A stretch of 64,000 nt of DNA from Myxococcota bacterium (GTDB taxonomy: Bacteria > Myxococcota > Myxococcia > Myxococcales > Myxococcaceae). The position numbers and the translations under genes were made by a program. The stretch lies in NCBI GenBank assembly GCA_049322255.1, contig JBMORE010000053.1, forward strand, positions 62,001 to 126,000, written 5' to 3'. The notes under the pieces are model-generated. The model saw only the letters and a program-made list of their open reading frames with translations. It had not been told where the DNA came from and made no database searches. How positions within the stretch are numbered: position 1 is the stretch's first letter; each line of letters starts with the position of its first letter. Positions 1-10,600 of the stretch are shown piece after piece.

Positions 1-737
<737 letters not shown>

Positions 738-893
738 CCCCTGCCTCCGTCCTCGTAAACCTTTCCGCTTCGACCACACCCGCGCCGCAAATTACAGGCC
801 TTACCTTGCGAGAGCGGACGCACCCCTCCGTCCTGGAGCCCCCTTGGCCCGTTCGCTACTCATCGCCGCGGGGAAACAGCAACCGACGTGCCA

Positions 894-1127
894 TCACCGG
901 CGCAACCGCGCCTCGAGCGCTTCGGCATCGACCCGATGCTTGAAAGCCTTGCGCCCGTCGACGAACACCACGGGGATGTCGTACTTGAACGCTTCGTACA
1001 GCACCGGGTCGCTCTCGATGTCGATTTCGCGCAGCCGAAACGGCACTCGCCGCTGCACCTTTTCCAAAACCTCCTTGGCTTCATCGCACAAGGGGCAGTT
1101 GGGTTTGGAGTAGATCTCCACGTCCAT
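894..1127 (-). CDS. Glutaredoxin-like protein (DUF836 type)
   Basis: 77 aa with YSKPNCPLC (CxxC) and IPVV motif. Confidence 0.85.
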   Translation of the reverse strand: MDVEIYSKPNCPLCDEAKEVLEKVQRRVPFRLREIDIESDPVLYEAFKYDIPVVFVDGRKAFKHRVDAEALEARLRR

Positions 1128-1147
1128 GCGGAGGAGGATTCTGGCCG

Positions 1148-2287
1148 ATGCAAGGCCTCTTTGGCGACTTCTCCACCATGCCCCTCAAGGACTTGGTGGT
1201 CTACCTAGGCAACAAGAAAGCGAGCGGCAGGCTGCGGCTCGAGCTGGGCGAGATGCGCAAGGAGGTGCTGCTCAAGGACGGGGCGATCATCAGCGCCAGC
1301 TCCAACGAGCCCCGCGAGTTTCTCGGGCAGTTCCTCATCAACATGGGCTACATCACCGAGGACCAGTTCCACCGCGCCTACCAGACGCAGAAGGAGACGA
1401 AAGTCTTCTTGGGAAAGATTCTGGTGATGATCGGCCTGGTATCGGAGGCGACGGTGCTCAACGCGCTCTCCCTCAAGATGCGGGAGACGCTCCTGAGTGC
1501 CTTCATTTGGCCAAAAGGAACCTTCCACTTCGACGCCGCCGAGGTGGCCGATCCGCCCGAAGGAGTGGAGCTGACCATCGAGCTGCTCGACGTGCACCGC
1601 GAAGCCGAGTTCCGCGAGACGGCCTGGCAGGCGATCCGCGCTGCTTTCCCCTCCGGAAACGTGCAGCTGGAAGTGGAGGAAGCCAACTTTCCCGAGCCGC
1701 CGGCCCCGGGCAGTCTCGACCACCGTCTGGTGACCCTCATCCGCTCCGGGCACACCATCGACGACATCATCCTCGCGCTGCATGCGACCGATTTTTTCCT
1801 CTACCAGCGGCTGTACGCGCTCTACCGGCTCGAAGCGGTGCGGGTCGCCGACAGCGTCGAGGTGGAGCTCGACGAGGAGCCGCCGGAAGAGAGCCCCGTC
1901 TCGGAAGAGCCCTCGTCCTTGGCGGACCTTCTCCAGGCGGCTGAACGCTTCCTTGCCGCCGGAGCCTACGACGACGCCGAGCCGCTGGCGCGCAAGGCGC
2001 ACGAGCTGGCGGGAAACAGTCAGACGGAGTCGCTGGTGCGAAAATCGGAGGAGGGGCTGCTGGCGCAGCTGCGCGTCCGGCTGGTCGATGAGAAGCGGGT
2101 GCCCAAGCTCAAAGTGTCACGCGCTCAGCTCAAGACGATGACATTTTCCGCTCAAGAACGTTACTTGCTCTCGAGAATCGACGGCACCCGCGACGTCGCG
2201 ACCATCGTCAGCGCTTCTCCCCTGCGCGAGCTCGACGCGCTGCGCCTGTTCCACTGCTTCGTGGAGAATCAGCTGATCTCGCTGTGA
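1148..2287 (+). CDS. DUF4388 (PATAN-like) domain protein with TPR-like segment
   Basis: N-terminal LFGDFSTMPLKDLV...SGRL...G.I..ASS and W..GTFHF pattern; C-terminal LLSRIDGTRDV typical of myxobacterial DUF4388 proteins. Confidence 0.8.
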   Translation: MQGLFGDFSTMPLKDLVVYLGNKKASGRLRLELGEMRKEVLLKDGAIISASSNEPREFLGQFLINMGYITEDQFHRAYQTQKETKVFLGKILVMIGLVSEATVLNALSLKMRETLLSAFIWPKGTFHFDAAEVADPPEGVELTIELLDVHREAEFRETAWQAIRAAFPSGNVQLEVEEANFPEPPAPGSLDHRLVTLIRSGHTIDDIILALHATDFFLYQRLYALYRLEAVRVADSVEVELDEEPPEESPVSEEPSSLADLLQAAERFLAAGAYDDAEPLARKAHELAGNSQTESLVRKSEEGLLAQLRVRLVDEKRVPKLKVSRAQLKTMTFSAQERYLLSRIDGTRDVATIVSASPLRELDALRLFHCFVENQLISL

Positions 2288-3482
2288 CGTCTCGAGGCTG
2301 TTGAGGCGGCTGGGCCAGGGACAGGCGCATCGCCTCACGGCCCAACCAGGTGGCGCGAATGCGCCAGTAGGGGTCGTTCACCACCACCGCGGCCACTGAA
2401 ACCTTGGGCTCGTCCTTGGGGGCGAAGCCGACGAACCAGGAATAGTCGCGAAACGGACGTTTGTCGGCGAGCGAACCGGTCTTCCCCACCGCGCCCTCCA
2501 CACGAAAGCCTCGCTCTCGAAAGACACGCCGGGCGGTGCCAGAGGTGACGGTGAGCTCGAGCATCTGTGTCAGCGCTCGGGCGTGCTCCTGGGAAACGAC
2601 CTCTTCGCCGACCTCGCCGGGCACCACGTCGCGCTCGAAGAGCACCGGCGCCTTCCATCTGCCCCCGTTGGCCGCCACTGCTGCCAGCGCCGCTCCATGA
2701 AGTGGAGAAAGGTAGACGTCGCCGAAGCCCGCTCCCGCATTGGAAAGGCCAAAGCCGTCTTCCGGAACCGAGGCCAAAGACACCTCGGTGGGCACCGGGA
2801 AATCGAAGGGCTGGTTGAAGTGAAAGGCCTGGGCCTTGGCGAAAAGCTTCGCCGCCGAGAGGTGCTTGTGGGTCAGCTTGGCGAACACCACGTTGGTGCT
2901 CATCGCCATCGCCGTGGACATCGGGTGGCAACGGCGGTCGCGCGCGGAGTCGACCAAGAGCTTCTCCGAGAGCCGCCGCTTGCCGCCATGGAAGCATTCC
3001 TCGGCCGATGGTGAGACACCCGCCTCGAGCAGCGCCGCAGCGGTGACGATTTTGAAGATCGACGCGGCCGGGTAAACGGCTTTGGTGCACAGGCCGCGTA
3101 AGGAAGGTTGCGCCTGCGAGTGCTCCGCCATGGCCAAAACCCGGCCCGTCCTCGGCTCGAGCGCCACCACCGCTGCATAGGGCGTCTGGTAACGCCGGAG
3201 TATGGCGACGAGCGCTTCCTGCAACCTGGCGTCGATGGTCAGCTCGAGCTCTTCTTCCCCTTCGTGCACCACCAGACGGCCGTCCTCCCGCTCGGTCGCG
3301 CGAAGGAGGAGGTCGGCTTCCCTGGGGAGCGACTCGACGGTCGCGATGGGCGGTGAGCTGACCCGGTTGGGGACCTCCAGAGATGCCCCAGAGAGCGAGG
3401 CCGGGGCGTCGTCCGCCGGCGCGGGTTGGGAGAAGGTGAGCGAGGGAAGGACGGCCAGCCAGGTGAGCGAGCGAAGCTGCAC
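2208..3482 (-). CDS. Penicillin-binding protein, transpeptidase domain only, exported
   Basis: Signal peptide; LTIDARLQ; catalytic motifs SIFK (SxxK), STN (SxN), KTG. Confidence 0.88.
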   Translation of the reverse strand: MQLRSLTWLAVLPSLTFSQPAPADDAPASLSGASLEVPNRVSSPPIATVESLPREADLLLRATEREDGRLVVHEGEEELELTIDARLQEALVAILRRYQTPYAAVVALEPRTGRVLAMAEHSQAQPSLRGLCTKAVYPAASIFKIVTAAALLEAGVSPSAEECFHGGKRRLSEKLLVDSARDRRCHPMSTAMAMSTNVVFAKLTHKHLSAAKLFAKAQAFHFNQPFDFPVPTEVSLASVPEDGFGLSNAGAGFGDVYLSPLHGAALAAVAANGGRWKAPVLFERDVVPGEVGEEVVSQEHARALTQMLELTVTSGTARRVFRERGFRVEGAVGKTGSLADKRPFRDYSWFVGFAPKDEPKVSVAAVVVNDPYWRIRATWLGREAMRLSLAQPPQQPRDVTARSADSPRSSGTGAARRARAGEKR

Positions 3483-3513
3483 GCGCCCGATCGTAGCCCG
3501 GGCCGACGGGCGG

Positions 3514-4209
3514 TCAACTGCTCTTGCCGGCCCTTCGCAGCTCTTCGATCTCCTCGAGGAGGTTCTGCGCCCAAAACTGGGTGTGCTGTCCTTGCTCCTC
3601 CGGGTCGGCGGCGGCCGCGCGCAACACCTCCTCCCCCCGCGCCGAGCCCAGCTTCACCAGCGCCTCGGCAACGCCGTAGCGCACCCACTTGTCGGGGTCG
3701 TCGAGCAGCTTGGCGATGGGCTCGACGGCCTGCTGACCTGCCACCGTGGCCAGCGCCACCGCAGCTTGCAGGCGCACCCCCGGGGCCTCGTCATCGATCA
3801 TCTTCGCAAGGGGCGCCGCCAGCTCCTCTCCGCCGATCTTTCCCAGCGCCCTCACCGCGCGCGGCCTCGCCGACGTCGGCCCGCTCGTGGCGAAGACGAG
3901 CAGCTCGGTCTTCACCGGCTCGCCCCACTCCACCAAGGCCTTCTCGGCGGCGATCGCCACCGCGTTCAAGTTCTCCGAGTCGGCCAGCGCGGAAATCACC
4001 ACCGGCACCGCGCGCGCATCGCGCAGGTGGGTGAGCGCGTGCACCGCGTGCAGACGCACCGCCGGGTTGGCGTGCTGCATCGCCTTGAGGAGCGGCTCGA
4101 CCGCCGCCTCCCCCAGCGAGAGCAGGCGCGACTCTGCCTCCACCCGCCAGGCCTCGTTGTTCGAGGTCAGCCGGGCGATCAGCACCTCGGGTTTTACCGG
4201 GTCGCTCAT
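3514..4209 (-). CDS. HEAT-repeat (PBS lyase-like) protein
   Basis: Repeated VR..A..AL motifs; start placed at ATG 4209. Confidence 0.8.
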   Translation of the reverse strand: MSDPVKPEVLIARLTSNNEAWRVEAESRLLSLGEAAVEPLLKAMQHANPAVRLHAVHALTHLRDARAVPVVISALADSENLNAVAIAAEKALVEWGEPVKTELLVFATSGPTSARPRAVRALGKIGGEELAAPLAKMIDDEAPGVRLQAAVALATVAGQQAVEPIAKLLDDPDKWVRYGVAEALVKLGSARGEEVLRAAAADPEEQGQHTQFWAQNLLEEIEELRRAGKSS

Positions 4210-4251
4210 CCTTTCACTGTAGCGCACGCCCCTTGATAGGGTGCGCCGGCC

Positions 4252-5130
4252 TTGGACGCCCTGCGCGAAACCACCGTCATCTGGACCGCTGAGCTTTTGC
4301 GCACCTTACGCAGCGCGCGCATCGTGGTGCTGCTTTTGCTCTACCTCATGTTCACCCTGCTTTCCGGCCTCGGAGTGCACGGCTGCTCGCAATCGCTCAA
4401 GCGGCAGGTCGAGGCGCAGGCGGCCCAGCTGAAGGAGCAAGGCGCCGACCCCGACGAGGTGGAAGAGCGCATCGACCAAGGCATGAAGGGGGCACGCAAG
4501 CAGTTCGTGACCGTCTTCTTCAGCGACGACGAGGCCCTGACCGAGGCCTTGCTCGAGATTCCGCTGGTGCTTTTGGTGGTCTTCAAGCTGAGCCTCTTCT
4601 TCCTGCCGCTCTACACCGGCCTCATGGGGTTCGATCAGATCTCCGGCGAGCTGGGCACCAAGTCGATCCGCTACCTCACGGTGCGCAGCCGCCGCTCGGC
4701 GGTGCTCTTCGGCAAGTTCCTCGCCCAGGCGTCGCTGCTCGCGCTCCTGATGGGGGTGATCGACGCGGCGCTGTGCCTTTTCGGCTTTCTCACCCAGGAA
4801 GGCTTTGGTGCCGGCGCGATGATCGCCACCTGGGGGAAGTTCTGGGGCTCGGCGCTGGTGTTCTCCCTGGCGTACCTCGCGCTCACCTCGCTGTGCTCGG
4901 CGCTCTTCCGCCAGAGCGCGGTGAGCCTGGTGACCAACCTGTTGGCCCTGTTCTCCTTTTGGCTCCTCGCCTTCGTGGCGAAGCTTCGTCATGCCTCGGT
5001 GTGGTTCTACCGGACGGATTTGCTCCACCCCGATGCGTCGCGCTTCGCCCTCGCCTTCTTCGCGCACGTGGGGTTCGCCGCCCTCTTCTTGGGGACCGCG
5101 TACCTCGTGCTCCGCCGGAGGGACGTGTGA
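4252..5130 (+). CDS. ABC-2 type transporter permease
   Basis: Multiple TM segments; DQISGELGTKSIRYL...RSAVLFGKF motif; coupled to the ATPase by a GTGA overlap. Confidence 0.85.
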   Translation: MDALRETTVIWTAELLRTLRSARIVVLLLLYLMFTLLSGLGVHGCSQSLKRQVEAQAAQLKEQGADPDEVEERIDQGMKGARKQFVTVFFSDDEALTEALLEIPLVLLVVFKLSLFFLPLYTGLMGFDQISGELGTKSIRYLTVRSRRSAVLFGKFLAQASLLALLMGVIDAALCLFGFLTQEGFGAGAMIATWGKFWGSALVFSLAYLALTSLCSALFRQSAVSLVTNLLALFSFWLLAFVAKLRHASVWFYRTDLLHPDASRFALAFFAHVGFAALFLGTAYLVLRRRDV

Positions 5131-6032
5131 AGGCGATCGAGCTCTCCAACGTCTCCAAGCGCTTCGGCGCGAAGTGGGCGGTCCACCACGTCTCCTTCGC
5201 GATCGAGGAGGGCCAGTGCTACGGGCTCATCGGCCCCAACGGCGCGGGGAAGACCACCACCTTCTCGATGATGTGCGGCTACCTCCACCCCACCGAGGGG
5301 CGCCTGCAAGTCTTGGGGGCCGACCCATCAACCCCCGGGGCGCTCAAGAGGAAAGTCGGGGTGCTCCCGCAAGATGCGCTCCTTCCTGGCGCCTGGTCGG
5401 TGGGGCCCCTGCTCACCTACTGGGCGAAGCTCTCCGGCCTGACCGACCCCCAAGGCGAGGCGCGCTCGGCGTTGGAGAAGGTCGGCCTCGCCGAGACCTG
5501 GGACACCCGAGCAGCCACGCTCTCGCACGGCATGGCCAAGCGCGTCTGCATGGCACAAGCGCTGATGGGCAGCCCACCCATCGTCCTCTTCGACGAGCCC
5601 ACCGCCGGCCTCGACCCCAAAATCGCCGCCAGCGTGCGCCAGCTCATTCATCAGATGAAGGGCCGTCACACCGTGGTGGTCTCCAGTCACAACCTCCAAG
5701 AGCTCGAGGAGCTGTGCGACGCCACCGCGCTGCTCGACCGGGGGCAGCTGGTCACCGCCGCCTCGATGGCCGAGATGACCGCCCAGGCCGCCGAGTTTCG
5801 GGTGCAGATTGCACGGGGCGACGTTCCGCTCGCCGAGGTGCGCGCGCTCTTCGGTTGCACCGGGGCGCAGCTTCTACCCTCGGGGGTGCTCACCGTGCAC
5901 TTCGACGGCGGCCAGGTCGCCGCCGAAGAGCTCATCACCCGCACCGCCGGTCTGCTCATTGCCAAAGGTGTGCTTTTCTCCTCCATCACCCGCGGGAAAA
6001 AGCTGGAGGAGAAGGTGCTGCAGCTTAGCTGA
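5127..6032 (+). CDS. ABC transporter ATP-binding protein
   Basis: GTG start overlapping the upstream TGA; GPNGAGKTT, LSHGM signature variant, LFDEPTAGLD, SSH switch. Confidence 0.92.
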   Translation: MKAIELSNVSKRFGAKWAVHHVSFAIEEGQCYGLIGPNGAGKTTTFSMMCGYLHPTEGRLQVLGADPSTPGALKRKVGVLPQDALLPGAWSVGPLLTYWAKLSGLTDPQGEARSALEKVGLAETWDTRAATLSHGMAKRVCMAQALMGSPPIVLFDEPTAGLDPKIAASVRQLIHQMKGRHTVVVSSHNLQELEELCDATALLDRGQLVTAASMAEMTAQAAEFRVQIARGDVPLAEVRALFGCTGAQLLPSGVLTVHFDGGQVAAEELITRTAGLLIAKGVLFSSITRGKKLEEKVLQLS

Positions 6033-6062
6033 CGGCGTAGACTTTCCTCGTCCGGAGGGAAG

Positions 6063-7037
6063 ATGCGCTGGACGCCGCTGTGGGCCCTGATGTGGGTGGT
6101 GGGGTGCGGGCCCGCCAGTGAGGACTCCACCCGGGAGCCTCTGGCAGGACAACTCCTTCACGGCCCAGTGGTGAAAGTCCCCTGCACCTCCCCCGCCCCC
6201 CTGCCGCTCGCACAGCCACAGATTCTGGCCCGCTTTGCCGGCACTGCTGAAGAGCTGGTGCTCGATGGGAAGCACGCCTTCCTCGCCGTGTCCAAAGGGC
6301 CGCGCACCGGAGCAATCGCCCGGGTGGGGCTCGTCGACGGAGCGGTCGAGTGGCTCGCCGAGGGGAGCCTGCTGACCGGGCTGACGATCGACGCGACGCG
6401 CCTCTACTGGACCGAAGGGGACACGGTGCGCTCAGTGGACAAGGACGGCGGCGAGCCACGAACACTGGCCGAAGGACAAAGCTACGCGGCAGGCATCACC
6501 TGCCTTGCGGGAACGCTCTTCTGGGCGAACACCGGCGCGCTGAACGGCTCGGTCATGCGACTTTCCGACGACGCTGGCACGGGGCCTGCCGCGGTCGCCC
6601 AGGGCGAGTTCCGGCCGTTTCACCTCGCCGGCGACGAGGCGTACGTCTACTGGACCAGCTACGGCACCTTTCAGCTGTGGCGCGCGCCCCACCAGGGGGG
6701 AGAAGCGACGCACCTCGCTCCCGGCGCCAGTGTGCCGGGCGGGCTGGTGCTCGACCCAGCGGCCATCTTCTGGGCTGCGGACGACAGGGTGTTCTCGCTG
6801 CCAAAGAAAGGGGGCGAGCTGGTGGAGCTCGCCGCTTCGCAACGGCGCCCACGGGGACTGGCGCTCGATGAATGCCACCTGTACTGGGCGGCAGGCGACC
6901 AAGTGGTGCGGGTGAACAAGCGCGGCGGGCCGGGTGAAGTCGTTGCCTTCGGGCAAGCGGCACCGGCGGTGGTGAAGGTCGACTTGGACTACATCTATTG
7001 GACCGTCGACGGCGCGCTTTTGCGCCGTGCTCGCTAA
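6063..7037 (+). CDS. Lipoprotein with YWT-repeat beta-propeller
   Basis: Lipobox-like VVGC; repeated ~40 aa units with (L/V)YW(T/A). Confidence 0.75.
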   Translation: MRWTPLWALMWVVGCGPASEDSTREPLAGQLLHGPVVKVPCTSPAPLPLAQPQILARFAGTAEELVLDGKHAFLAVSKGPRTGAIARVGLVDGAVEWLAEGSLLTGLTIDATRLYWTEGDTVRSVDKDGGEPRTLAEGQSYAAGITCLAGTLFWANTGALNGSVMRLSDDAGTGPAAVAQGEFRPFHLAGDEAYVYWTSYGTFQLWRAPHQGGEATHLAPGASVPGGLVLDPAAIFWAADDRVFSLPKKGGELVELAASQRRPRGLALDECHLYWAAGDQVVRVNKRGGPGEVVAFGQAAPAVVKVDLDYIYWTVDGALLRRAR

Positions 7038-7053
7038 AGCCGCTGCGGGCTCT

Positions 7054-7911
7054 TCAGTCAGGGAAGAACATCGGCTCGCGGGAGGAGACGAACTCGTGGA
7101 TCGCCGACCGCGCGCCCTCGCTCAAGTTCACGAACTGAATGCCCAGCCCGGGGAAGACGTCGGGCGTCCGGTCGTTCGTCTCCCGCGTCCAGCGCACCCT
7201 GCCCGTCGCCTCGACGTGCTGCCCCGACGGGAGGGTGAAGCCCAAGTCCACCTCGGTGCCGATGGGCAGATGCCGCACGGTGGCAATGAACAGCCCTCCG
7301 TCGCTGATGTTGGTGGAAAACCCATTGAAGAAATTGGTGTCGCTGTGCAGATCGACGGCGGCCTGCATCTGCACGCGGGTCGAGCGCTCCTGCATGGCAC
7401 GCAGGGGCGCCGGTGCTGGCGGGGGCCGCACCTCCCGGCGCTTGGCCTCTTCTTTCGTCCGCACCTCGATTCGCGCCAGCTCCGCCTCGTCTTCCGACAC
7501 CTGGGCGGACAGACGCGTCAGCTCCGCGGTGTAGCCCGCAAGCGCCTTGCGCACCTTCTCGTTCGCCTGCGCCCTCACCTCGAGTGCCCTGGCCCGGGCG
7601 GCCAACGCCTGCTCACGTTCGCCAAAAACGTCGAGCCGTGGCACCGGAGTCTTTTCGACTCTGGCGGCCAAAGATGCCGCCTCGGGCGTGCCGTGCACCC
7701 GCCGCGCCGCCTCGGTGAGCGCTGACAACCGCGCCTGCATTTCGGCGGCGAGGTGGCTCAGCCTATCGATCTCTACCCCCAAGTTGGACTCGACGGTCGC
7801 AGCCTGCGTCTCGGCGCGGGCCAGGTCGGCTTCCCGCTCGCTCAATGGAGGCCTCCAAAGCTTTAGCTGGGGTGCGAACATACCCGAAGGCCGTTCCAAA
7901 AAGCGTTCCAT
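7054..7911 (-). CDS. Coiled-coil plus C-terminal PilZ domain protein (TIGR02266 type)
   Basis: RSTR (RxxxR-like), NISDGGLFI, GRVRW, GLGIQF, REPMFF. Confidence 0.88.
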   Translation of the reverse strand: MERFLERPSGMFAPQLKLWRPPLSEREADLARAETQAATVESNLGVEIDRLSHLAAEMQARLSALTEAARRVHGTPEAASLAARVEKTPVPRLDVFGEREQALAARARALEVRAQANEKVRKALAGYTAELTRLSAQVSEDEAELARIEVRTKEEAKRREVRPPPAPAPLRAMQERSTRVQMQAAVDLHSDTNFFNGFSTNISDGGLFIATVRHLPIGTEVDLGFTLPSGQHVEATGRVRWTRETNDRTPDVFPGLGIQFVNLSEGARSAIHEFVSSREPMFFPD

Positions 7912-7991
7912 GTTTCGCCGAAGCTCGATTCCCCTTCAGAAACGCCCCACCGGTCCAGCTGACGGTGGGTCACTCAAGGCGGCCTGAGTGG

Positions 7992-8243
7992 TCAAAGACC
8001 CACCTTGCGAACGAGGGCCCGCCAGTGCTTACCCTCGCGGGTGAGCGCGACCAGCTCGTTTCCGGTCGCTTGACACCAGGCATCGAGGTCTGGCTCCACC
8101 GCCGGGTCGGTGGCCAGGAGCATCAGCACCGCTCCTTGCGGGGCCTGCCGCGCCGCCTTCGCCAGCGCGAGGATGGGCAGCGGGCAAGCAAGCCCGGTGG
8201 CGTCGATGACTTCACCCTGAAAAGCTGTCCCCGTTCCCATCAC
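7992..8243 (-). CDS. TusA/SirA-family sulfur carrier
   Basis: IDATGLACPLP motif and DP...D...W pattern. Confidence 0.85.
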   Translation of the reverse strand: MMGTGTAFQGEVIDATGLACPLPILALAKAARQAPQGAVLMLLATDPAVEPDLDAWCQATGNELVALTREGKHWRALVRKVGL

Positions 8244-8346
8244 TGTCCTCCGGCGTTGCCTCGGCGAAAGCCTGTCTGTTATCTAGCGCGGTCCGTTTGT
8301 TTTTGGGGCTGCCCAAGTCTTCGAAAAAACAAGGAGTCACTCAGAC

Positions 8347-10560
8347 ATGAAACCGAACGTCATCATCGCCCTGCTGGTAGGCCTGGTCGTGGGCTTCGCC
8401 GTGGGGAAGGTCGTCAGCGGCTCGTCCTCCAACGCTCCGGTCGCCGCCGGAGGGACGCAGGAGGCGGGGGATGAGTCCACCCTCGCGGTGAAGGCCAGCG
8501 AGATGCCCGCTGGAATCCTCACCGGCCTGACCCCCGCGCAAAGCTTCGCGGTGATGAAGGCGATGAACGAGGTCACTTGCTCCTCGTGCCCCGGGGACAC
8601 CGTGGCCAAGTGCCTCAAGGGCCACACCACCTGCGAAGGCGGCCTCAATCAGCTGCGCCAGGCGGTGAACTTGGCCAAGGCCGGCAAGACCGCGGCGCAG
8701 ATCGCCGCCGAGACGGGTGGCACCAAGCCCGCTGCCCGCCCGGCCCGGGTCGACGATTCGGCCACCGTCTACAGGGTGCCCATCGACGAGCAAAACCCCG
8801 TCAAGGGCAAGAGCAGCGCCCTGGTGACCATCGTGGAAATCTCGGATTACCAGTGCCCCTTCTGCTCCCGCGCGGAAGGCACCATGAAGCAGATCGCCGA
8901 CACCTACGGCGACAAGGTGCGCTTCGTGATGAAGCAAAACCCGCTGGGCTTCCACGACCGCGCCCGTCCCGCCGCCCTCGCCGCCCTCGCCGCGGGTGAG
9001 CAGGGCAAATACTGGGAGATGCACGAGAAGCTCTTCGCCAACCAGCAGGGCCTCGACGACGCCTCGCTCGAGCGCTACGCAAGCGAGGTCGGCCTCAACA
9101 TGGCGAAGTGGAAGCAGGCCAAGGACAGCCCCAAGCTCGCCGAGCTCATCACCCGCGACCAGGGCCTCGCCACCCAGCTGGGCGCCACCGGCACCCCGGC
9201 GTTCTTCATCAACGGTCGGAAGATTTCCGGCGCGCAGCCCTTCGACAACTTCAAGCGCGTCATCGACGAGGAGCTCACCAAGGCCGAAGCGATGGTCAAG
9301 GAGGGCGTCAAGCCCGAGCAGATCTACACCAAGGTGCTGGAGAAGGGCGTCACCAGCCCCCCGGCAGCCCCTGCCGCTCCGGCCGCGCCTGCTGCGCCCG
9401 CGGTGCGGAAGATCGACGTCCCCGCCGATTCTCCGTTCAAGGGCCCCAAGCACGCCAAGGTCACCATCGTCGAGTGGTCTGAATTTCAGTGCCCCTTCTG
9501 CGCACGGGTGATGCCCACCCTCAAGCAGATCGAGGACACCTACGGCAAGGACGTGAAGATCGTCTTCCGCCACCAGCCGTTGCCTTTCCACAACAACGCG
9601 CAGCTCGCCGCCGAGGCGTCGATGGCCGCGCACGAGCAGGGCAAGTTCTGGCCGTACCACGACAAGCTCTTCGCCAACCAGCAGGCCCTCGACCGGCCCA
9701 ACCTCGAGCGCTTCGCCCAGGAGCTGGGCCTCAACATGGACAAGTTCAAGGCGGCGCTCGACTCGGGCAAGTTCAAGGCCCGCGTGCAGCAAGACTCGAC
9801 CTACGGCAGCGAGGTGGGCGCCAACGGTACCCCCACCTTCTTCATCAACGGAGTCCAACACGTGGGTGCACAGCCGTTCGAGTCGTTCAAGACGATCATC
9901 GACCAGCAGATCCAGAAGGCCAATGACCTGATCGCCAAGGGCACCAAGCTGGAGGACGTGTACGCCAAGCTGATCGAGTCAGGCGCCGCCGCCGCTCCGG
10001 CTCCGGCAGCCGCCGCCCTGCCGCCGACGCCGGCGAAGGTGGACATCGCCATCGGCCAGGCCCCGGTGAAGGGCCCCAAGAACGCGCCGGTGACCATCGT
10101 GGCCTACTCGGACTTCGAGTGCCCGTTCTGCTCGCGGGTGGTGCCGACGCTCAAGCAGCTCGAAGACCAGTACAAGGGCAAGGTGAAGGTGGCGTTCAAG
10201 CACCAGCCGCTGCCCTTCCACCAGAACGCGCGCATCGCCGCCGCCGCCTCGATGGCCGCCCATGAGCAGGGCAAGTTCTGGCAGATGCACGACAAGCTGT
10301 TCGAGAACCAGCGCGCGCTCGACCGCGCCTCGCTGGAGCGCTACGCACAGGAGATCGGCCTGGACATGAACAAGTTCAAGGCCGCGCTCGACTCGAACAA
10401 GTTCGACGCGCAGATCACCGCCGACAGCCAAGAAGGCATGCGCGTGGGCGCCAACGGCACGCCGACCTTCTTCATCAACGGCCGGCAGCTGGTGGGAGCG
10501 CAGCCGATCGACCAGTTCAAGGCGATCATCGACGACGAGCTGAAGAAGGCCGGCAAGTAG
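8347..10560 (+). CDS. Membrane-anchored protein with three tandem DsbA/thioredoxin (Thioredoxin_4) domains
   Basis: N-terminal TM; three CPFC motifs, each followed by a GTP(A/T)FFING cis-Pro loop; Ala/Pro linkers. Confidence 0.92.
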   Translation: MKPNVIIALLVGLVVGFAVGKVVSGSSSNAPVAAGGTQEAGDESTLAVKASEMPAGILTGLTPAQSFAVMKAMNEVTCSSCPGDTVAKCLKGHTTCEGGLNQLRQAVNLAKAGKTAAQIAAETGGTKPAARPARVDDSATVYRVPIDEQNPVKGKSSALVTIVEISDYQCPFCSRAEGTMKQIADTYGDKVRFVMKQNPLGFHDRARPAALAALAAGEQGKYWEMHEKLFANQQGLDDASLERYASEVGLNMAKWKQAKDSPKLAELITRDQGLATQLGATGTPAFFINGRKISGAQPFDNFKRVIDEELTKAEAMVKEGVKPEQIYTKVLEKGVTSPPAAPAAPAAPAAPAVRKIDVPADSPFKGPKHAKVTIVEWSEFQCPFCARVMPTLKQIEDTYGKDVKIVFRHQPLPFHNNAQLAAEASMAAHEQGKFWPYHDKLFANQQALDRPNLERFAQELGLNMDKFKAALDSGKFKARVQQDSTYGSEVGANGTPTFFINGVQHVGAQPFESFKTIIDQQIQKANDLIAKGTKLEDVYAKLIESGAAAAPAPAAAALPPTPAKVDIAIGQAPVKGPKNAPVTIVAYSDFECPFCSRVVPTLKQLEDQYKGKVKVAFKHQPLPFHQNARIAAAASMAAHEQGKFWQMHDKLFENQRALDRASLERYAQEIGLDMNKFKAALDSNKFDAQITADSQEGMRVGANGTPTFFINGRQLVGAQPIDQFKAIIDDELKKAGK

Positions 10561-10600
10561 CGCCTACCGTCATCGGGCGCCTCGCCGACGTCAGCGTGCC

